A DNA stretch of 10,032 nt from Escherichia coli (GCF_036507355.1 NZ_AP027880.1), one strand, 5' to 3'. Numbered from the stretch's first letter, positions 1-5,678 are shown. Notes: generated from the letters alone by a model not told the origin. Made by a program: numbers and translations.

Positions 1-270
1 GACCAACAGGGATACAGCTCTGCCACTGCCGTGAGCGCGGACGGCAGCACGGTCGTGGGGGGGGCTGATTACGATCTCACGGCAGGCGGGACGGGCAGGC
101 ATGCATTTCGCTGGACCAGTGCGGGCGGCATGCAGGATTTGGGCGACTTTACGTCCGACCAACAGGGATCCAGCTCTGCCACTGCCGTGAGCGCGGATGG
201 CAGCGTGGTGGCGGGAATCGCAAGCAATGACGCAGGAGAAATGCGTGCATTTATTTACAAAGCGCCTCAG
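1..270 (+). repeat. Continuation of the 156-bp array: unit 7 (1..156) and degenerate unit 8 (157..about 270).
   Basis: The next expected GACTTxAC phase point is 10021+156-10032 = 145, and GACTTTAC is found at exactly 145. Unit 8 keeps DQQGSSSATAVSADGSVVAG and then diverges (RAFIY). Confidence 0.9.
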
Positions 271-1245
271 TCGCCAACAGACCCTAATCTACCGATCCAA
301 GACTACGAGAATGTCCTCAAGTCGTTTCCTAAGTTGGCCGCCGACAAAGAGTTGGCTGCTGCGCAGCAGCAGCTAGGTATGCAGCGCTTGTTGACTTCGC
401 AATGTTCAGCAGGGCAAGCGGAGCAAAGCTGCTTGGTGGTCTCTGGCTCGTTGGATACGGCAGGCTCTGACGGCCCAATTGGTCGCCGTCAGCAAACAGC
501 GGGGACTGTCACACTAGGGCGAGGTCTTGATGAGCGCTGGACGGTGGGGGCAAGCTTGTCGCTGGCGCACTCGAGCTTGCACCACAACGCAGTAAATCCT
601 AAGAATGCTTATGGCGTAAGTGGCTGGGTGAACTACAGCGAGCATGGCTTGTCCGGTCTTGGCTGGCAGATGGATGCAGCCATTGGTTATGCGAAGAACA
701 AGAGCACCATCACCCGTGGTCAGGGCCTTGAGCATGTTCACCTGGTGCAGGGCACAAGCAATTTAGACACAGTGGCAGCTCGTATTGCCTTGGGGTTTGG
801 CATCCAGCAGCGTCATGGATGGACTTTGACGCCAGCAGTGTCTGTGACACAGCAAAACAGCAAGTTTGCAGCTTACAGTGAGTCGCCTTCAGCCTTTACT
901 GCGTCGTACGATAAATCGGAGCTTAAAACGACTGTGTTGGGAGTGGATCTGAGTGCCAAGAAGTCTTTGAGCGACAAGTCGCAGCTGCGTTTAGCGGTAG
1001 GCGTTGAGCAAGACCTTAAAACGGATCGTATGAAGCTGGCTGGCGTCTCTGATGTTCCAGGAGCGCAGCGATTTAACTTAGAGAGTGCTTTAGAGCGCAA
1101 GAAACTGCGTCCTTATGCCTCTGTGGGATACCGCTATCAAGTCAGTGCACAGGGGGCTGTGTTTGTGAACACAGGCGTGATGCGGGATATGTTCTCGAAC
1201 AAACCCAACGTGGGTGTGCAGGTCGGTTATAGCGCACGGTTTTAA
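1..1245 (+). CDS. Type Va autotransporter, C-terminal portion: HAF-type repeat units 7-8, linker and beta-barrel translocator. The 5-prime part of the same gene is 9010..10032 if the window is circular.
   Basis: The frame is open from nt 1; the ORF track starts it at an internal GTG at 31. Repeat units DQQGYSSATAVSADGSTVVGGADYDLTAGGTGRHAFRWTSAGGMQDLGDFTS and a degenerate last unit (RAFIY) are present. The last ~270 aa show an alternating beta-strand pattern ending ...VGVQVGYSARF, the aromatic terminus typical of outer-membrane barrels. Stop TAA at 1243..1245, followed by an intrinsic terminator. Confidence 0.85.
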   Translation, partial: DQQGYSSATAVSADGSTVVGGADYDLTAGGTGRHAFRWTSAGGMQDLGDFTSDQQGSSSATAVSADGSVVAGIASNDAGEMRAFIYKAPQSPTDPNLPIQDYENVLKSFPKLAADKELAAAQQQLGMQRLLTSQCSAGQAEQSCLVVSGSLDTAGSDGPIGRRQQTAGTVTLGRGLDERWTVGASLSLAHSSLHHNAVNPKNAYGVSGWVNYSEHGLSGLGWQMDAAIGYAKNKSTITRGQGLEHVHLVQGTSNLDTVAARIALGFGIQQRHGWTLTPAVSVTQQNSKFAAYSESPSAFTASYDKSELKTTVLGVDLSAKKSLSDKSQLRLAVGVEQDLKTDRMKLAGVSDVPGAQRFNLESALERKKLRPYASVGYRYQVSAQGAVFVNTGVMRDMFSNKPNVGVQVGYSARF

Positions 1246-1304
1246 CGCGACATAGCGTTCAAACATTTCCTCAGCTCACGGTAAATCCTGCTTATCGATG
1301 GCAA

Positions 1305-1332
1305 CAAAAAAGGCGCTCAAAGCGCCTTTTTT
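1305..1332 (+). terminator. Rho-independent terminator downstream of the autotransporter; looks bidirectional (A-run / hairpin / T-run).
   Basis: AAAAAAGGCGCT-CAA-AGCGCCTTTTTT: stem GGCGCT (1312..1317) pairs with AGCGCC (1321..1326), followed by a T6 run at 1327..1332. Confidence 0.8.
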
Positions 1333-1383
1333 GCGTCTGGTGCTACCATGCGAGCTACATGTATCTCAAAAGGAGTTGATGCC

Positions 1384-1527
1384 ATGTCTGTATCTCTTCG
1401 CCTACCCCCAGAACTGAACCAGCGTCTGAGCAACTTGGCCGAGCGTGAGCTGGAAGCGGTGCGTGCCGGTAAATCCAAGGCCGTGCCTTTGGAAGACGTT
1501 ATGAAGCAGTATGGCTTGGCAGATTGA
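1384..1527 (+). CDS. Short ribbon-helix-helix (CopG/RelB-type) antitoxin remnant, 47 aa, probably carrying an in-frame internal deletion.
   Basis: AGGAG at 1371..1375 lies 8 nt before the ATG at 1384. Product: MSVSLRLPPELNQRLSNLAERELEAVRAGKSKAVPLEDVMKQYGLAD. The N-terminal beta-strand/helix and the C-terminal ...RAGKS...LGLAD tail resemble RelE-partner RHH antitoxins, but the middle is missing. It overlaps the toxin start by 17 nt. Confidence 0.6.
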   Translation: MSVSLRLPPELNQRLSNLAERELEAVRAGKSKAVPLEDVMKQYGLAD

Positions 1528-1711
1528 ACTGTCCGAAGGTGCTGTCAAAAACCTCAAGCAGCTCGACCACCAACACGCCCGACGCATCCTGAGCTTTTTG
1601 CACGGTCGCGTGGCGCAACTTGATGACCCGCGCAGCATTGGCGAGGCACTCAAAGGCTCCAAGCTGGGGGAGCTTTGGAAGTACTGCGTGGGGGACTACC
1701 GAATCATATGA
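1511..1711 (+). pseudogene. RelE/ParE-family toxin, C-terminally truncated (66 aa).
   Basis: MAWQIELSEGAVKNLKQLDHQHARRILSFLHGRVAQLDDPRSIGEALKGSKLGELWKYCVGDYRII matches the canonical RelE/ParE N-terminal two-thirds (...DPR..G..L.G....W.YRVGDYRII). It stops where the family normally continues for ~20-25 aa more. The stop TGA (1709..1711) overlaps the next ATG. Confidence 0.75.
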
Positions 1712-1947
1712 CACAAGATAAGTGGCTGGCCGAACGGCTGGCATACCTGCGCGGCTTGAAGGCTCCCAGCGATCAACAGCGCCTGCTGCTGATGCTGGCC
1801 GACAAGCCCGACCGCACCGCCGACGCCGTCCGCATCATCAACGCCGAGAAGGCCGCCGAGAGGAAGGCCCGTCCGACGATCTGCCGACCCGCATCACCCT
1901 GCCCAAGTAAGGCCGTAGCCGCTTCGCGGTGCCTTCGGCAGCCTTGA
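1708..1947 (+). CDS. Small conserved hypothetical protein (79 aa as written). It is the full-length high-GC copy of the fragment at 8793..8903, possibly a relaxosome/oriT-associated accessory gene. The tail may be frameshifted, with an alternative end at 1910.
   Basis: ATG at 1708 overlaps the relE remnant stop in an ATGA arrangement. Strong GC3 bias holds up to ~1866. Product starts MTQDKWLAERLAYLRGLKAPSDQQRLLLMLADKPDRTADAVRIINAEKAAERKA... The N-terminal 23 aa are 18/23 identical to the ORF at 8793. Confidence 0.55.
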   Translation: MTQDKWLAERLAYLRGLKAPSDQQRLLLMLADKPDRTADAVRIINAEKAAERKARPTICRPASPCPSKAVAASRCLRQP

Positions 1948-2023
1948 CCCTTCCCCTACGCTCAAAACGCGCTGTAGGCCCTTCTACGGGCCTTGGCGAC
2001 CCCTTCCCTTCCTGATTGCCGAA

Positions 2024-2078
2024 GCCGGAGGGGGAGCCGCCGCCGCAGGCGGTGGGGGAACCCCGCAGGGGTGCCCCA
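2024..2078. repeat. Copy 1 of a 55-bp GC-rich element with two GCA-loop hairpins; identical to 6089..6143.
   Basis: GCCGGAGGGGGAGCCGCCGCCGCAGGCGGTGGGGGAACCCCGCAGGGGTGCCCCA. Hairpins: CCGCC-GCA-GGCGG (2040..2052) and ACCCC-GCA-GGGGT (2060..2072). Confidence 0.9.
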
Positions 2079-2097
2079 TGTCCTTGTCGCAGCAGCG

Positions 2098-2414
2098 TTT
2101 TCCACAGGTTGTGGCGGCCAATTACAGGTTTAGATTTATAGGATTCTTTTTTTAAAGGCTTAACCTATCGGTTTAGGGGGGGTCCGATTTAACGGGAAAA
2201 AGGGGGTCCGATTTAACGTGGATAAGTACCCTTGGGGGGGTCCGATTTATCGAGGTGGGGGGGTCCGATTTAACGTGGATAAGTGGCGCTATCGACAGGG
2301 TTGTGCACCGTTTTGGTCCCGCTGGGGTTTTCGGACACTTCCAGAGACATAAAACCCCGGAGATTCAATGCGTTGCACACGAATCGCCGGGGTCTAGGGG
2401 GGGCCGATCTAACG
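2098..2414. other. oriV of the RepA replicon: DnaA-box-like site, AT-rich region, four direct iterons plus one degenerate spaced iteron.
   Basis: TTTTCCACA at 2098..2106 (one mismatch to TTATCCACA). AT-rich 2120..2175 (ATTACAGGTTTAGATTTATAGGATTCTTTTTTTAAAGG...). Iterons follow (next feature), with a degenerate GGGGGGGCCGATCTAACG at 2397..2414. The region lies immediately downstream of repA. Confidence 0.75.
2176..2284 (+). repeat. Four direct iterons, consensus GGGGGGTCCGATTTAACG. Iterons 2 and 4 are extended by GTGGATAAGT, the complement of a DnaA box.
   Basis: Copies at 2176..2194, 2202..2220, 2234..2252 (TTATCG variant) and 2257..2277. The TCCGATTTA cores at 2183, 2207, 2241 and 2264 are spaced 24, 34 and 23 bp. 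ACTTATCCACG is on the minus strand at 2217..2227 and 2274..2284. Confidence 0.85.
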
Positions 2415-2446
2415 ACACGTTTGTCGGACACTTCAAGGGGTTAGCG

Positions 2447-3442
2447 TTACTCGGTCGGACCGCCCTTGTAAGAGATCGGCGGCGGGGAACCGAGCAGCAG
2501 GACGCCGCCCGTGACCGGCTTCACCTTGGCCTGCGGATAGACGGCCAGAACCTTCTTGAGGGCCGGCACAAACTTCTTCTTGAAGTCCTTGTCAGCATCC
2601 TTGCCGGTGTACTCCTGCGCGAACTGCTCGCGCAGAGACTTCCAGTGCAAAGTGACGCCGCGTCCCTCGATGCGATGCAGCCGGTGGGCCAGCCAAGCGT
2701 AGACATCGAGCGCCAGCGCCGAACCTTTCAGGGCCATCAGGGCGCGGTTGTCGAGCGGTACGGCGCTTTGCATCAGTGACGTGAAATAGCCCTCGGACAA
2801 CACCATCGTGCCCGGCCATAGCGCCCGCTGCTTGGTGTCGCGGTTCGCCATCCATGCGTCGAACTGCTCGACCGGCTGTCCATTGAAGGTGCGGCCCTTG
2901 AAGCCAAGTTGCAGACGGCAGGCGGCCAGCGCGTGCATCTGCTTGCGCAGGGTCGCATAGCGCGCCCCTTGGTCGTCCAAGCCCATCAGGCTAAGGAACT
3001 CGGCCGCGCTATCACCGATCTTGATTTCGCGCTCCTTGTTGCGCACGGCAAAGGTGGACACCCACGCCAGCGCCAGCCGGGGCATGACGCCATAGGGGAT
3101 CGGTTGCAGCACCGGCCCGTTGCCTTCGTCCAGATAACCGGCCTGCACGTTCACCCACGCGGCCCCGGACTGGCGCATGAACTCGCGCCCCTCGACCTTG
3201 GCGCGGGGCAAGCCGACCTGACAAAGCACGGCGTGAGTAAACGCCATGTCCTCGCCGCTCGGCGGGTTCGTGGCGATTTCGGCGGCCGCGTCGATCAGGT
3301 TTATCTTTTGGCGACTGATGAATGACAGGCTCTTATTGCTCTGCCCTTTAGATGCCGTAGCGTCGGCCGCCCGCTTAACCTCGCGCGGCACAATGTTGCC
3401 AAGCAGCGAACCGATGGGCTGGGGGCCGTTAGATTTGCTCAT
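2447..3442 (-). CDS. repA: Plasmid replication initiator RepA (replication initiator protein A / RPA family, pVS1-RepA-like class).
   Basis: 331-aa ORF. Motifs FTHAVLCQVGLPR...FMRQSG, PYGVMPRLALAWVST and a C-terminal winged-helix-like region are typical of this initiator family. GGAGA lies 8 nt upstream of the ATG (3442). It sits adjacent to the iterons and downstream of parA/parG. Confidence 0.8.
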   Translation of the reverse strand: MSKSNGPQPIGSLLGNIVPREVKRAADATASKGQSNKSLSFISRQKINLIDAAAEIATNPPSGEDMAFTHAVLCQVGLPRAKVEGREFMRQSGAAWVNVQAGYLDEGNGPVLQPIPYGVMPRLALAWVSTFAVRNKEREIKIGDSAAEFLSLMGLDDQGARYATLRKQMHALAACRLQLGFKGRTFNGQPVEQFDAWMANRDTKQRALWPGTMVLSEGYFTSLMQSAVPLDNRALMALKGSALALDVYAWLAHRLHRIEGRGVTLHWKSLREQFAQEYTGKDADKDFKKKFVPALKKVLAVYPQAKVKPVTGGVLLLGSPPPISYKGGPTE

Positions 3443-3469
3443 AAGGCGATCTCCACCGGCATGGCCGGG

Positions 3470-3727
3470 CTAGTTATTGTGGCGCTGCTCGTATTCATCG
3501 AAGGCCAGCCGCAACAGCTCGTTTAGCTTGAGGTCGTGGGCCGCTGCGAACATGCGGAAACGTCGACGCAGCTCGGCCGACACGCGGAAATTGAGCGGCA
3601 CATTGTTCGCCGAGGCCTCGGCCTCGGCCTTCACCTTGGGGGTGCAGGTCGGCATGTCGGCAACCGGCGCGGCGCTGCCCTTCGTGGCAACAAGGCCGGT
3701 CAAATCAGCGGGCTTCTTGGTAGCCAT
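3470..3727 (-). CDS. Small ribbon-helix-helix partition / centromere-binding protein (ParG-like).
   Basis: 85 aa with a disordered N-terminus, then NFRVSAELRRRFRMFAAAHDLKLNELLRLAFDEYEQ (RHH fold pattern). Its start is 1 nt after the parA stop (TAA-t-ATG), the arrangement typical of a type Ib par operon. Confidence 0.7.
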   Translation of the reverse strand: MATKKPADLTGLVATKGSAAPVADMPTCTPKVKAEAEASANNVPLNFRVSAELRRRFRMFAAAHDLKLNELLRLAFDEYEQRHNN

Positions 3728-3728
3728 A

Positions 3729-4379
3729 TTAAACGGTTTCCTTCTTTTTGGTTATCTTCTTAGCGTTCATGCGTTCTTGCACGAAAGCTAAAAGCTGGGA
3801 GATTTCCTCGGCGCTGCGGCTCTTGGGGTCGCTCTCGCCTACGGTGCGGCCGTCCACCATCGAGGCGGCATAGTCCACGCGGTCATGCACGATGGCTGGG
3901 GCTACAGCCCCATGCGCGGACAAGGCGGCCACGGCCTGAACGGTAAGCCGCGCGGTCGGCTTGGCCTGCGTCACGGCGAAGGCGAAAGGCCGGCCGGTTT
4001 CCTGCGCAATGTCCACGGTGCTGCCTACGGCCCGCAGGTCGTGCGGGCTGGGCCGGGTCGGGATCAACACAAGGTCGGCCAGCTTCACCACGTCGCGGAT
4101 AGCCTCGGTGATGGCCGGCGGGGTGTCGATCACGGCCAGCTTGAAACCAGCCTCGGCCAGCGCCCGCAGCTTGGCGGGCAGCTCGGCCAGCGAGGCGGCG
4201 GCCAGTGCCGGGGTGTCGTCCTCGCGGGAGTTCCACCACGCCGAAAGTGACCCTTGCGGGTCAGTGTCGAGCAGGACCGCCGGGCCGGCTCCTGCCTGTT
4301 CGGCGGCAACCGCAAGGTGCGCCGCTAGGGTGGTTTTCCCGGCTCCCCCCTTCTGGCTTGCTAGAACAAGGATTTTCAC
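3729..4379 (-). CDS. parA: ParA-family partition ATPase (small type Ib).
   Basis: 216 aa, GTG start. Deviant Walker A in MKILVLASQKGGAGKTTLAAHLA; also DTDPQGS and VIDTPP motifs. Confidence 0.9.
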   Translation of the reverse strand: MKILVLASQKGGAGKTTLAAHLAVAAEQAGAGPAVLLDTDPQGSLSAWWNSREDDTPALAAASLAELPAKLRALAEAGFKLAVIDTPPAITEAIRDVVKLADLVLIPTRPSPHDLRAVGSTVDIAQETGRPFAFAVTQAKPTARLTVQAVAALSAHGAVAPAIVHDRVDYAASMVDGRTVGESDPKSRSAEEISQLLAFVQERMNAKKITKKKETV

Positions 4380-4412
4380 ATGCGCCCTCTTGATTCGTGT
4401 TGGGACGCTTTA

Positions 4413-4474
4413 ATGATAGCCAAAAAGCACGCATCTTGCAGAGTCTATTGAACAAAAGCACGCTTGCGTGCTTT
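4413..4474 (-). promoter_or_regulatory. Putative parA promoter with operator/centromere-like AAGCACGC sites.
   Basis: On the minus strand: CTGCAA (4436..4441), 17-nt spacer, TATCAT (4413..4418). Perfect palindrome AAAGCACGC-TT-GCGTGCTTT at 4455..4474, plus a third half-site AAAAGCACGC at 4423..4432 inside the spacer. Confidence 0.4.
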
Positions 4475-4476
4475 CT

Positions 4477-4526
4477 GGATTGTGCAATCCAAAAGCCGGG
4501 GCGGCCGGCGCGTGTAATCGCAAACG
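4477..4526. repeat. Left copy of a perfect 50-bp inverted repeat flanking the recombinase cassette.
   Basis: GGATTGTGCAATCCAAAAGCCGGGGCGGCCGGCGCGTGTAATCGCAAACG is the exact reverse complement of 5576..5625. The outer end forms the dyad GCTTTCTGGATTG-TG-CAATCCAAAAGCCG (4470..4498). Confidence 0.95.
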
Positions 4527-4557
4527 GGTAGGGAAGGGGAGGCCGGTTTCTGATGCC

Positions 4558-5190
4558 CTATGCCGCCGGAATCTGCCGGCGGGAGGCCCATATTCGTTTG
4601 ACCTGGCTCTCGCTGCATCCGGCCAGCCGGGCGGTTTCCGCGATGCTCGATCCGCCCTCACGCAAGGCCACGACGCGAGCGTGTAGCGCCCGGTTTGGTT
4701 TCCTACCTCTGTAGCGGCCGGCGGCCTTGGCAAGCTCTATGCCCTGCCGCTGCCGCTCGCGGCGGTCCTCGTAGTCGTCACGCGCCATCTGCAGGGCGAG
4801 GCGCAAGAGCATGTCTTGCACCGATTGCAGGACGATGCGGGCCACGCCCTCGGCCGTCTCGGTCAACTCTGACAGGTCCACCACGCCGGGCACGGCGAGC
4901 CGCGCGCCCTTGTCGCGGATCGCCTGCACAAGCTGCTCGGCCTCGGGCAAGGGCAGGCGGCTAATGCGGTCCATCTTCTCGGCAATGACAACCTCGCCGG
5001 CCTGCAAGTCCGCGATCATGCGCAACAGCTCGGGCCGGTCGGCGCGCGCGCCGGATGCCTTCTCACGATAGACGGCGGCCACGTAGTAGCCGGCCGCCTT
5101 CGCGCTCTCGATGATGGATTCTTGCCGGCGCACGTCCTGCTCGTCGGTGCTGACGCGGATATAGACCCGTGCGACCTTGGACGCTGCCAT
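4558..5190 (-). CDS. Serine recombinase (resolvase/invertase family), 210 aa.
   Basis: Start chosen at ATG 5190, preceded by AGGAGG; the track start at 5310 would overlap the upstream gene. Motifs: MAASKVARVYIRVSTDEQD (catalytic Ser), GARADRPEL, DRISRL, and C-terminal HTH GGSSIAETARLAGCSESQVKRIW. Confidence 0.9.
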   Translation of the reverse strand: MAASKVARVYIRVSTDEQDVRRQESIIESAKAAGYYVAAVYREKASGARADRPELLRMIADLQAGEVVIAEKMDRISRLPLPEAEQLVQAIRDKGARLAVPGVVDLSELTETAEGVARIVLQSVQDMLLRLALQMARDDYEDRRERQRQGIELAKAAGRYRGRKPNRALHARVVALREGGSSIAETARLAGCSESQVKRIWASRRQIPAA

Positions 5191-5201
5191 TTTGGTGCCT
5201 C

Positions 5202-5456
5202 CTACCGGATGCTCGGCATTCCGGTGCCCCGGAACATGGCTTTCTGCTGGGCCGCCATCGCGTTCTTGCAATTGGGCGTGTCGGCCAGCTCGCCGGGGTT
5301 GTTCCGGCATTCCGCGATCTGCGCCTTACGCTCGTCGGGATGGTCGAGGAAATAGGCCACGTCATGCACGGGGCGGGCGTCGGCCGCTTCGTCGCTGCTG
5401 GCAGGATTGCAGGCCGTCAGCACGGCCACGGCGGCGAGCGTCATCACAAGGCGCAT
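5202..5456 (-). CDS. Small lipoprotein, EexN/TrbK-like (entry-exclusion-type) family.
   Basis: MRLVMTLAAVAVLTAC carries a lipobox (LTAC). The mature part YFLDHPDERKAQIAECRNNPGELADTPNCKNA matches my recollection of the conserved core of EexN-family entry-exclusion lipoproteins. AAAGGAG RBS is present. The stop lies 11 nt before the recombinase start, suggesting an operon. Confidence 0.55.
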   Translation of the reverse strand: MRLVMTLAAVAVLTACNPASSDEAADARPVHDVAYFLDHPDERKAQIAECRNNPGELADTPNCKNAMAAQQKAMFRGTGMPSIR

Positions 5457-5487
5457 AGTTTCTCCTTTGGCGCAGTTGGGTATTCCT

Positions 5488-5526
5488 AAATGCGCCCAGC
5501 ATAGCAGCTAGGGCGCATTTGGTGAA
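5488..5526 (-). promoter_or_regulatory. Putative promoter of the lipoprotein-recombinase operon, overlapped by a 10-bp-arm inverted repeat (operator or res-subsite-like).
   Basis: On the minus strand: TTCACC (5521..5526), 17-nt spacer, TATGCT (5498..5503). AAATGCGCCC (5488..5497) and GGGCGCATTT (5511..5520) are separated by 13 bp and span the -10 and the spacer. Confidence 0.45.
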
Positions 5527-5575
5527 TCCGCGATGCTATTGCGCTAGGCTCGCAAAGCCGATCCATCTGCGCCAG

Positions 5576-5625
5576 CGTTTGCGATTACACGCGCCGGCCG
5601 CCCCGGCTTTTGGATTGCACAATCC
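5576..5625. repeat. Right copy of the perfect 50-bp inverted repeat.
   Basis: CGTTTGCGATTACACGCGCCGGCCGCCCCGGCTTTTGGATTGCACAATCC. The outer end forms the perfect dyad CGGCTTTTGGATTG-CA-CAATCCAAAAGCCG (5604..5633). Confidence 0.95.
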
Positions 5626-5634
5626 AAAAGCCGT

Positions 5635-5678
5635 GTTCGCGCTTCGCCGGGCCATCCTCGACGCGGCGAAGCGCGAAC
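5635..5678. repeat. Perfect 14-bp-arm inverted repeat / long hairpin immediately outside the right inverted repeat.
   Basis: GTTCGCGCTTCGCC (5635..5648) and GGCGAAGCGCGAAC (5665..5678) are exact reverse complements. Confidence 0.85.

Noticed and set aside
2255-2779. 174-aa plus-strand ORF starting in the iterons.
   Set aside because: It begins inside the oriV iterons and runs antisense into repA. It has no RBS and an Arg/Gly-rich composition.
3883-4461. Multiple 60-150-aa ORFs on both strands across parA (3883..4239, 3885..4250, 3961..4413, 4130..4315, 4261..4461).
   Set aside because: All overlap the strongly supported ParA gene or its promoter in other frames and have Arg/Gly/Pro-rich products. 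They are shadow ORFs.
4477-5625. The 50-bp inverted repeats as ends of a transposon, IS or Tn3-family relic.
   Set aside because: No transposase lies between them. The flanks (TTTCT and AAAAG) are not a direct duplication but continue the inverted symmetry. The termini do not resemble Tn3-family GGGG...TAAG ends.
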